NCBI GenBank assembly: GCA_965659595.1
Contig: CBFHWN010000001.1
Coordinates: 9,139-73,138, forward strand
Direction: 5' to 3'
DNA: 64,000 nt
Source of the DNA: an uncultured Ilumatobacteraceae bacterium
Lineage (GTDB): Bacteria; Actinomycetota; Acidimicrobiia; Acidimicrobiales; Ilumatobacteraceae
Position numbers and translations under genes: made by a program. Shown one piece after another: positions 56,737 through 64,000 of this stretch. Below the pieces are notes generated by a model that saw only the letters and a program-made list of their open reading frames with translations, ran no database searches and had not been told where the DNA came from. Numbering within the stretch: position 1 is the first letter of the stretch; every line of letters begins with the position of its first letter.

Positions 56737-57663
56737 TTATTTGATTGCGGTGGGGGCGACGGGGCCACCGAGACCGCGGGTGAACGGCAACGGTGTGGCC
56801 GTCAACAAGAAGTCGTACTGACCGTCGGCCGCGCAATCGGCCGCCAACTCATCGAGCACCCAGTTCTGACCCTGTGTGAGGCCGATGTCGCGAATGTTCA
56901 CCATGTGCACGGGCAACAGTGCTGCCGGATCTTCGGGCGGATAGCACTCGAACACGATCGTGTCGGTTGCGACGATCGCGACGTCGTGATCGCGAATCCA
57001 CTCGACACTCTTCAAACCGATGCCAGGAGTCGGATGCGAGTAGTGCACCTTGTCGCCCACTCGTAGCCAATGCATCTGACCGGTACGGACGCACACGATG
57101 TCGCCGGGCATCACCGTGACGCCCGCCTTCGCTGCCGCCGCATCGAGATCGTCGCCGGTCACCGCATACATATCGTCGAAATGGTCGACTCCGTGAAGAC
57201 GTGCGATGTCGAGAAGCACACCGCGTGACACGACAGGGCCCACCTTCTCGATCCCGAGTTCATGGCTACCGGCTTCGTCGACCGTGCTCATGGGCACACC
57301 GTTGTAGAGCAATCCGTCGTATCCGACGTGGGCGAGTGAGTCGAGATGAGTGGACGCCTGGACTCCCATCGACACCGCATCGTCGCTCGACGTGAAGTCG
57401 CCCGGGTCACCCGTGAGCGATTGATTGATCGACACCATCGTACGCTCCGGATTGATTCGGCCGGGTATGTAGCCGAGTTGCATCCCGTCCTCGTCGAAGG
57501 GGTACGTGAGCGAGAACACCTTGCCCTGCCGCGCCGCCGCTATCCCACGTCGCACTGCGGCTTCATCGATCAGGTTGAGGGTGCCGCGCCGATCGTCGGC
57601 TCCCCATCGGCCCCAGTTCGACACCTTGGCGGCGAGTTCGTGGACGTAGTCGGGAAGTGCCAT
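56737..57663 (-). CDS. Cyclase-family protein (kynurenine-formamidase-like metal hydrolase)
   Basis: 308 aa with a STHLDSLAH (HxxxDxxxH-like) motif. The N-terminal WGRWGADDRRGTLNL is typical of this family. Confidence 0.82.
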   Translation of the reverse strand: MALPDYVHELAAKVSNWGRWGADDRRGTLNLIDEAAVRRGIAAARQGKVFSLTYPFDEDGMQLGYIPGRINPERTMVSINQSLTGDPGDFTSSDDAVSMGVQASTHLDSLAHVGYDGLLYNGVPMSTVDEAGSHELGIEKVGPVVSRGVLLDIARLHGVDHFDDMYAVTGDDLDAAAAKAGVTVMPGDIVCVRTGQMHWLRVGDKVHYSHPTPGIGLKSVEWIRDHDVAIVATDTIVFECYPPEDPAALLPVHMVNIRDIGLTQGQNWVLDELAADCAADGQYDFLLTATPLPFTRGLGGPVAPTAIK

Positions 57664-57667
57664 GTGA

Positions 57668-58708
57668 TCAACCGTTCACCAGTTCGGCCATGGTTCGCAA
57701 CGTTTCGGGTGAGCCACCGACGATGAGGGTGGTCACGCGACTCTCGCGCCAGGCCGCAAGGTCGTCCTTGATCTTGGCCGGCGGACCAACGAGGCAGATC
57801 TCGTCGACCATCGCGTTCGGAACCGACGCGATCGCCTCGGACTGTTTGCCGTTCAAGAAGAGATCTTGAATGCGATCGACCGCTTCTTCGTAACCGAGGC
57901 GACGAAATACGTCGGCGTGGAAGTTCATCTCCTGCGCACCCATACCACCCACGTAGAGAGCGAGTGTCGGGCGCACGCGGTCGTAAGCACGCTCGATGTC
58001 GTCGTCGATCGCAATGGTGGCGGTCGCCAGAATCTCGAAGTCGTCAGGCCGGCGACGAGCAGTCGGTCGCGCGAAACCCTCCTCGAGCGACGACGCGTAC
58101 AACTCTTCGTGGCGCGGCGCATAGAAGATCGGGAACCAGCCGTCGGCGATCTCAGCGGCCAACGCCACGTTCTTCGGTCCTTCGGCCCCGAGAAAGATCG
58201 GCACGTCGGACCGCAGCGGATGGGTCATCACGTTCAGCGCCTTGCCAAGACCAAGGCCGTCACGAGCTGGGATCGGGTACTCCGGTCCGTCGTTGGTGAG
58301 TCGCTCTTCGCGGGCCAAGATCTTACGAACGATGCCGACGTACTCGCGCGTGCGAGCCAGTGGCTTGTTGAACCGCTGTCCGTACCAGCCCTCGACCACC
58401 TGCGGACCCGACACGCCGAGACCGAGGCAGAATCGGCCACCCGACAGGTGATCCATGGTGATGGTGGCCATGGCGGTCGCCGACGGCGTACGCGCCGAGA
58501 TCTGCACGATGTTCGTGCCGAGTCGCAACTTCGAGGTGCCCGCTCCCCACCAGGCGAGTGGCGAAATGGCGTCGCTCCCCCAGGATTCGGCAGTCCAGGC
58601 CGAGTCGTAGCCGAGTCCTTCGATCATCGTCAAGGTTTCGGGAACTCCGGCCGGCATGGAACGCCCCCAGTACCCGATGTGCCAACCGAGTTTCAGATCG
58701 TGTGCCAT
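57668..58708 (-). CDS. Luciferase-like monooxygenase (LLM) family oxidoreductase, probably F420-dependent (Rv3520c-like)
   Basis: 346 aa from ATG 58708, with GGGGGAGG upstream. The N-terminal KLGWHIGYWG and the TIM-barrel LLM layout match the family. Confidence 0.8.
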   Translation of the reverse strand: MAHDLKLGWHIGYWGRSMPAGVPETLTMIEGLGYDSAWTAESWGSDAISPLAWWGAGTSKLRLGTNIVQISARTPSATAMATITMDHLSGGRFCLGLGVSGPQVVEGWYGQRFNKPLARTREYVGIVRKILAREERLTNDGPEYPIPARDGLGLGKALNVMTHPLRSDVPIFLGAEGPKNVALAAEIADGWFPIFYAPRHEELYASSLEEGFARPTARRRPDDFEILATATIAIDDDIERAYDRVRPTLALYVGGMGAQEMNFHADVFRRLGYEEAVDRIQDLFLNGKQSEAIASVPNAMVDEICLVGPPAKIKDDLAAWRESRVTTLIVGGSPETLRTMAELVNG

Positions 58709-58730
58709 CGGTAAAACCTCCCCCGTCGCT

Positions 58731-58750
58731 CTCACGGTAGTTCCCGTGAG
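58731..58750. promoter_or_regulatory. Inverted repeat CTCACGG-N6-CCGTGAG in the divergent LLM/ACAD promoter region
   Basis: Perfect 7-bp arms read from the sequence. A related half-site, GTTCGCCGTGA, recurs about 25 nt downstream. Confidence 0.3.
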
Positions 58751-58811
58751 CAGTTGGCCGTCAACGGTTCGCCGTGAACAGAAGCAGTCGAGCGTGATAG
58801 GACAGAAGACC

Positions 58812-59987
58812 ATGGAGATCGGATACACGCCCGACCAAGAGGCGCTGCGCGCCGAACTGCGCAGCTACTACGACGGATTGCTCGACGAGGCGACGGTGGC
58901 CGAACTCGGCACCAGCCACGGCATCGGGGTCGCTCCCCGTCGCGTCTGGAAGCAAATGTGCGCCGATGGCTGGGCCGGCATCGGATGGCCGAAGGAATAC
59001 GGCGGTCAAGGTCGTAGCGCGATCGAGCAGTTCATCTTCTTCGACGAGTCGATGCGAGCCGGCGCGCCGGTCCCGATGTTGAGCATCAACACGGTGGGCC
59101 CCACCCTCATGAACTTCGGAACTCAGGAACAGAAGGATTTCTTCCTGCCGAAGATTCTCACTGGTGACCTGCACTTCTGCATCGGCTATTCCGAACCCGG
59201 TGCGGGAACCGACCTGGCGTCGCTCCAGACGAAAGCAGTACGCGACGGTGATCAGTACGTGGTGAACGGACAGAAGATGTGGACGTCGTTGTCGAGCGAT
59301 GCCGACTACTGCTGGCTTGCCGTACGCACCGACTCCGACGCACCCAAGCACAAGGGCATCTCCATTCTCATCATGCCGATGGACACGCCCGGCATCTCGC
59401 TGCAGCCCCTCAATCTGATCGGCGAGCACGACATCAACGCCATGTATCTCGACGACGTCCGTATCCCAGTGGCCAACTGTGTGGGCGGCGAGAACAAGGG
59501 CTGGACGCTCATCACCAATCAGCTCAACCACGAACGCGTTACCTTGTGCTCGACCGGTGTCGTCGAACGGGCCCTCACCGACACTCTCGAGTGGGCCAAG
59601 AACACCACCCTTCCCGATGGCCGTCGGGTGGCCGACCAGGAATGGGTGCAGCTCAACCTGGCTCGCGTGCACGCCAAACTCGACGTCCTCCGTCTCATGA
59701 ACTGGCAGTCGGCTTGGGAAGCCACTCAAGGCGTCCTCGACGTGGGCCACTGTTCGGCCATCAAGGTGTACGGAACCGAGTTCTACCTCGAAGCTTTCCG
59801 CCTGCTGTTCGAAATCCTCGGCCCACCCGGATACCTGAAGGGTGGAACGCCCGGTTCGATCCTGAAGGCCCGACTCGAGAACTTGTACCGAGGAATGCTC
59901 ATCCTCACGTTCGGCGGAGGTACCAACGAAATGCAGCGCGATCTCATCACGATGTTCTCGCTCGGATTCCCGAGGGCGGCCCGCTGA
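58812..59987 (+). CDS. Acyl-CoA dehydrogenase (alpha-type subunit of a probable heteromeric ACAD)
   Basis: 391 aa from ATG 58812, with CIGYSEPGAGTDL. The C-terminus reads FGGGTNEMQRDLI, so there is no Glu at the YEG position. Confidence 0.88.
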   Translation: MEIGYTPDQEALRAELRSYYDGLLDEATVAELGTSHGIGVAPRRVWKQMCADGWAGIGWPKEYGGQGRSAIEQFIFFDESMRAGAPVPMLSINTVGPTLMNFGTQEQKDFFLPKILTGDLHFCIGYSEPGAGTDLASLQTKAVRDGDQYVVNGQKMWTSLSSDADYCWLAVRTDSDAPKHKGISILIMPMDTPGISLQPLNLIGEHDINAMYLDDVRIPVANCVGGENKGWTLITNQLNHERVTLCSTGVVERALTDTLEWAKNTTLPDGRRVADQEWVQLNLARVHAKLDVLRLMNWQSAWEATQGVLDVGHCSAIKVYGTEFYLEAFRLLFEILGPPGYLKGGTPGSILKARLENLYRGMLILTFGGGTNEMQRDLITMFSLGFPRAAR

Positions 59988-61033
59988 TGGATTTCTCCTT
60001 CTCTTCCGATCAGAACGAACTGCGTGCCCTCACGCGTCAGATCCTCACCGATGCCTGCACGACCGAGCATCTGAAGGCCGTGATGCGCACCGACAGCGCG
60101 ACCGACCTTGCTTTGTGGAAGACGTTGGCCGACGCCGGCCTCGTGGGGATCGGGCTGCCCGAATCGGTGGGTGGAGGCGGACTCGGTCTCACCGAAGTGG
60201 CCATCGTGCTCGAGGAGATCGGCCGCATGGCGGCACCCGTTCCAGCCTTCGCTGTCATGGCACTGGCGTCGCCGGCTCTGGCGAACCAGCCTGCGTTACT
60301 GGAAGGCGTGGCCTCGGGCGACACGATCGTGACCGCTGCGATCCACGAACCAATCGGTGATCCGCATTCGCCCTCCACTTCCGTCGTCGACGGCAAGATC
60401 ACCGGCATCAAAGTGTGCGTTCCGCACGGACTGCTCGCCACGCGATTCGTCGTCACCGCCGCCGACGGCGTGTATTGCGTGGAGGCCAACGACCCCAAGG
60501 TGCGGGTCACGCGGCAGGACACCACATCAGGCGTGCCCGATGCACTCGTCGAGTTCGACGAAGCCAAGGCCACGTGCGTGGGCGGGCCTGCAGCCACCGA
60601 ACAAATCATCGCGCTCGGTTCAATCGGCGCGAGTGTGATGGTCGCCGGAGCCTGCGACGCCGCATTACGTCTCACAGCCGACTACACCAAGTCGCGTCAG
60701 CAGTTCGACAAGGCCATCGCCACGTTCCAAGCCGTGAGCCAACGCGCCGGCGACGCCTACATCGACACCGAAGCCGTTCGTCTCACGGCGTGGCAGGCGG
60801 TGTGGCGCACCGAGAACGGATTGCCGTCGGCCGAAGCCGTCTTGTCGGCCAAATTCTGGGCCGCCGAAGGCGCGTGGCGCGTGATGCACGCCGCTCATCA
60901 CCTCCACGGAGGAGTGGGAGTCGACCGCGATTACCCCCTACATCGTTACTTCTTGTTGCACAAGCAACTCGAGTTACAGCTCGGGTCGACACAGCCGAGT
61001 CTCGTTCGTCTCGGGCGACTCCTCGTCTCCTAA
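59987..61033 (+). CDS. Acyl-CoA dehydrogenase-family protein (shorter, beta-type subunit)
   Basis: 348 aa. Its ATG overlaps the upstream TGA by 1 nt (TGATG). It has an ACAD fold but divergent FAD and catalytic positions. Confidence 0.8.
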   Translation: MDFSFSSDQNELRALTRQILTDACTTEHLKAVMRTDSATDLALWKTLADAGLVGIGLPESVGGGGLGLTEVAIVLEEIGRMAAPVPAFAVMALASPALANQPALLEGVASGDTIVTAAIHEPIGDPHSPSTSVVDGKITGIKVCVPHGLLATRFVVTAADGVYCVEANDPKVRVTRQDTTSGVPDALVEFDEAKATCVGGPAATEQIIALGSIGASVMVAGACDAALRLTADYTKSRQQFDKAIATFQAVSQRAGDAYIDTEAVRLTAWQAVWRTENGLPSAEAVLSAKFWAAEGAWRVMHAAHHLHGGVGVDRDYPLHRYFLLHKQLELQLGSTQPSLVRLGRLLVS

Positions 61034-61043
61034 CATCGACTCG

Positions 61044-61712
61044 ATGTCGAACCCGAACCCGATCCTTCCTCCCGATCCCGATCTGCCTCTCATCCATACG
61101 CGCAACTATGAAGTGCGCGCCTACAAGGTGAGCGACTCCGAGATCCTGTTGCGAGGGGCGGTGCGCGACGACAAGGCACCAGGCCTGTACGTCGAAGGCG
61201 ATCCCGAGCCGCTCACGATTCATCACATGGTCGTCGAACTACGAGTGTCGTATCCCATGTTCGAGATTCTCGATGCGACCACCGAGTTGAAGGAGTTCCC
61301 CCACCACGAGTGTCCGGGAATCGCGCCGCACTATCGCAAACTGATCGGTCTCTCGATCGCCCGCGGATTCACCCACAAGGTGCGCGAACTCTTCGGCGGA
61401 CCACGCGGCTGCACTCACACCACGGCTCTCCTCCAAGCGATGGGTCCGGTCGCCATCCAATGCGGATGGAGCATGCGCGTGATGGCCATGAAGGAGGCGG
61501 CCGAGAGCGGTGCCCCCACACCCGAGTTCTCCCCCGAAGCACGTGAGCGGGCCTTCGCCACCAACCTCAACACCTGCCACATCTGGGACGAGGACGGTGA
61601 GCAAGTTCGCCTCATTCGCTCTGGCGGCACGCTCGGAGCACCTCTGTCGGTGAGCAAACGGCTCGAGAAGCTCGGTCGCTCACCCGACGAGTGGGAGACC
61701 TCGCGGGGTTAG
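61044..61712 (+). CDS. DUF2889-like protein
   Basis: 222 aa with a conserved-looking core FGGPRGCTHTTALLQAMGP. The family assignment is from memory and has moderate certainty. Confidence 0.6.
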   Translation: MSNPNPILPPDPDLPLIHTRNYEVRAYKVSDSEILLRGAVRDDKAPGLYVEGDPEPLTIHHMVVELRVSYPMFEILDATTELKEFPHHECPGIAPHYRKLIGLSIARGFTHKVRELFGGPRGCTHTTALLQAMGPVAIQCGWSMRVMAMKEAAESGAPTPEFSPEARERAFATNLNTCHIWDEDGEQVRLIRSGGTLGAPLSVSKRLEKLGRSPDEWETSRG

Positions 61713-61721
61713 AGCCGAAGT

Positions 61722-63311
61722 TCAGCCGATGAGGCGAACAGCCTCTTCCTTGGCCCACTTGTAGTCGGCTTTGCCAACCGGGGTGCGCACGACTTCGTCG
61801 ACCACGAACACTGCCTTGGGCGCCTTGTAATCGGCGACGAGGGTGCGGGTGTGCGCGACTACTTCTTCGTTGGTGACCGAGGTTCCGGGTCGCAACTGAA
61901 TGAGCGCCGTCACCTGCTCACCCCAACGCTCGTTCGGCGTACCGATCACGACGGCGTCGAACACCGACGGATGCTGCTTGAGAGCAGCCTCGACCTCTTC
62001 GGGATAGATCTTCTCGCCACCCGAATTGATGCACACCGAACCACGACCGAGAACCGTGATCATCCCGTCTTCTTCGATCTGCGCGAAGTCGCCCGGAATG
62101 ACCCATCGCTTGCCGTCGTAAGTGGGGAAGGTGGCTGCCGTCTTCTCGGGATCCTTGTAGTAACCGAGCGGGATGTATCCGCTACGCGCCAACTTGCCCA
62201 CTTCGCCGACAGCACAGACCCGCCCGTCATCGGACAGCACTGTGGTGTCGGGGCCGGTCTGGAACTTGGGCGCCGACATCGGACTCCCGTCGTCAGCCCG
62301 AGTGCCAGCGGCACCGGTCTCGGTGGCTCCATAACTGTCCATGATCACGATGTTGGGAAGCGCAGCTCGCAACTGCTCGCGCACACCTGTCGAGAGTGGT
62401 GCCCCACCGTTGCCGACCGAGAACAACATCGACATGTCGTACGCCGACGGATCGGCGAGCAACGCCTCAGCGATGGGTCGCGCCATGGCGTCGCCGATGG
62501 TCGACAACGTGTTGGTCTTGGCTCGCGACGCGAGACCGAGAACTTCGTGCGCATCGAACCGACGGCGGCTGTACATGACGAACGCACCGCCGCCGATGAT
62601 GGCGTTGCCCATCACCCACTGGCTGCCGCCGTGCATAATCGGGCCGATCCCCATGAGCCGCATCTTGAACTGAGCCGCAGCAGCTTCTTCACCGAGCAAC
62701 TCGATGCGATCGATCGGCCGGTTGGCGCGCATCGAGTTCATGGCACCGAGAATCACGTCCTCCGACCGCCACATCACTCCCTTCGGCATCCCTGTTGTTC
62801 CACCGGTGTAGAGGATGTAGGGATCGTCGCCCGAGCGACCGGGGAAGTCGCGATCGGGTGACGCGGCTGCCAAAGCCGCCTCGTACTGCTCGCCCAACAC
62901 GATCACGTTCTTCAACCGGGGAAGATCGGAACGAATCGACTCGACCATGTCGACGAATTCGGGGCTCGTGACCACGACCACGCAGTCGGCATTGTCGTAG
63001 AGGTAACGGAGTTCGGCCTCGACGTAGCGGTAGTTGACGTTGACCGCGGCTGCTCCGATCTTGGCGCACCCCCAGAACGCTTCGACCCACTCATGGCAGT
63101 TGTAGGCGTGAACACCGACGTGTTGGCCGCGCTCGACGCCGAGTGACAGAAGATGATTGGCGAAGCGCGTCGCCCGCTCGTCGAGTTGTGCATACGTGTA
63201 CTCGACCTCGTTGGTCACCAGTGCGAGATCGTCGGGCACGGCGTCGGCGAGCACCTCGATGGCATCACCGAGGTTGATGCTCCGCGGGTACGACTTATGG
63301 GCCACTTTCAT
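61722..63311 (-). CDS. Acyl-CoA synthetase (FadD3/medium-chain type, AMP-binding)
   Basis: LYTGGTTGMPKGVMWRS and the GEKIYPEEVE hinge region. GAAGGAG lies upstream of the ATG, which makes an ATGA overlap with the upstream gene. Confidence 0.9.
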   Translation of the reverse strand: MKVAHKSYPRSINLGDAIEVLADAVPDDLALVTNEVEYTYAQLDERATRFANHLLSLGVERGQHVGVHAYNCHEWVEAFWGCAKIGAAAVNVNYRYVEAELRYLYDNADCVVVVTSPEFVDMVESIRSDLPRLKNVIVLGEQYEAALAAASPDRDFPGRSGDDPYILYTGGTTGMPKGVMWRSEDVILGAMNSMRANRPIDRIELLGEEAAAAQFKMRLMGIGPIMHGGSQWVMGNAIIGGGAFVMYSRRRFDAHEVLGLASRAKTNTLSTIGDAMARPIAEALLADPSAYDMSMLFSVGNGGAPLSTGVREQLRAALPNIVIMDSYGATETGAAGTRADDGSPMSAPKFQTGPDTTVLSDDGRVCAVGEVGKLARSGYIPLGYYKDPEKTAATFPTYDGKRWVIPGDFAQIEEDGMITVLGRGSVCINSGGEKIYPEEVEAALKQHPSVFDAVVIGTPNERWGEQVTALIQLRPGTSVTNEEVVAHTRTLVADYKAPKAVFVVDEVVRTPVGKADYKWAKEEAVRLIG

Positions 63312-64000
63312 TCTCCTTCGTAGCCGTCGAGCATGTCGGTGAAACCGTACTTGTGGTGCGGTCCGATCGCCATGTTCTCGAAGAGTCCATATCCGACGTG
63401 GGTCCGACCGTCGCGATCGGTGTAGGTGAAGCGGGCACCGTTGTCGACGATTCCGAACAAGCGCATCGCTCCTTCAGGTGTTGTGGTGTCGAGTGCGAAG
63501 TTTTGTACGACGAGTGGGCCCTGCCACATTCCGTGCCGCCAGTCGGCGTCGTATCCATACCCGGTACCAACACCCACGTGCACGGGGATGAGAGGTTCGA
63601 TCAGCAAGTCGAACACGAAACCATCGTCGGCAACCACCCGGAAGTCGGCGCCGGTGCAGAAACGTGAGCCTTTCCGATAGTGCAGATCGTGCTCGGGGCG
63701 GCCGAGGTGCTCGATCCGTCCGTCGTTCCAGATACGAGTCGCTTCCTCCATCACCCGAGACCCGTCCGGGTTCTCCTGCACGATGATCATGAGCGAATGG
63801 TCGTCGAAACGAACCGGCGTGTAGATCCAGAACCAGCTGAAAGGATTCGACGCGCGAATACCTGCCGGTTCGCTCTCTCCCACCGGCCGTACTCCCCACG
63901 AACGGTCGCGAGTTCCCCACCATTGATCAGATGTCAGCGAGAAGCTCTTGCCGCCGACAGTGAGGGATCCGTCCCATCCGCCGGTCTGGGCCAGACGACA
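63308..64000 (-). CDS. Hypothetical protein; C-terminal part only, the N-terminus lies beyond the window end
   Basis: The frame stays open from 63883 to 64000 with a protein-like sequence (...GGWDGSLTVGGKSFSLTSDQWWGTRDRSWGVRP...). No motif recognised. Confidence 0.55.
   Translation of the reverse strand, partial: CRLAQTGGWDGSLTVGGKSFSLTSDQWWGTRDRSWGVRPVGESEPAGIRASNPFSWFWIYTPVRFDDHSLMIIVQENPDGSRVMEEATRIWNDGRIEHLGRPEHDLHYRKGSRFCTGADFRVVADDGFVFDLLIEPLIPVHVGVGTGYGYDADWRHGMWQGPLVVQNFALDTTTPEGAMRLFGIVDNGARFTYTDRDGRTHVGYGLFENMAIGPHHKYGFTDMLDGYEGE

Noticed and set aside
1-64000. A search for CRISPR arrays, rRNA or tRNA genes, IS elements, integrases, prophage genes and toxin-antitoxin pairs
   Set aside because: I found no regularly spaced repeats, no transposase, integrase or phage structural motifs, and no non-coding gap longer than about 130 nt. 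The window looks like contiguous chromosomal DNA without evident mobile elements.

Overview
High-GC (roughly 63-65% by eye) bacterial chromosomal segment, most likely actinobacterial. This rests on frequent GTG starts, an LLM/F420-type oxidoreductase, many acyl-CoA dehydrogenases, CoA ligases, a P450 and two BVMOs, and a CWB2-anchored subtilase. An Acidimicrobiia-like origin is only a guess. The window is densely packed with about 60 CDSs, many joined by ATGA/GTGA start-stop overlaps. I recognised no rRNA, tRNA, CRISPR array, transposase or integrase. Most genes are accessory catabolism (lipid, steroid, terpenoid or aromatic type), transporters and a small base-excision-repair group. Three things stand out. 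(1) A four-gene, translationally coupled minus-strand operon (35854-41429) encodes two different Fe-S-type PD-(D/E)XK nucleases, a compact SF1 helicase and a 494-aa protein with no motif I recognise. I cannot assign it to any named repair or defence system from memory, and it is my best candidate for an undescribed system. (2) A clear heliorhodopsin gene (25627-26391) retains all key retinal-pocket residues, with no retinal-biosynthesis genes nearby. (3) A natural fusion of a Baeyer-Villiger monooxygenase to an HSL-family esterase (42096-44654) is ATGA-coupled to a small methyltransferase. Several well-defined palindromes and direct repeats sit in promoter regions and are candidate operators. 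All functional calls come from motif and family recognition by eye; no database search was run.
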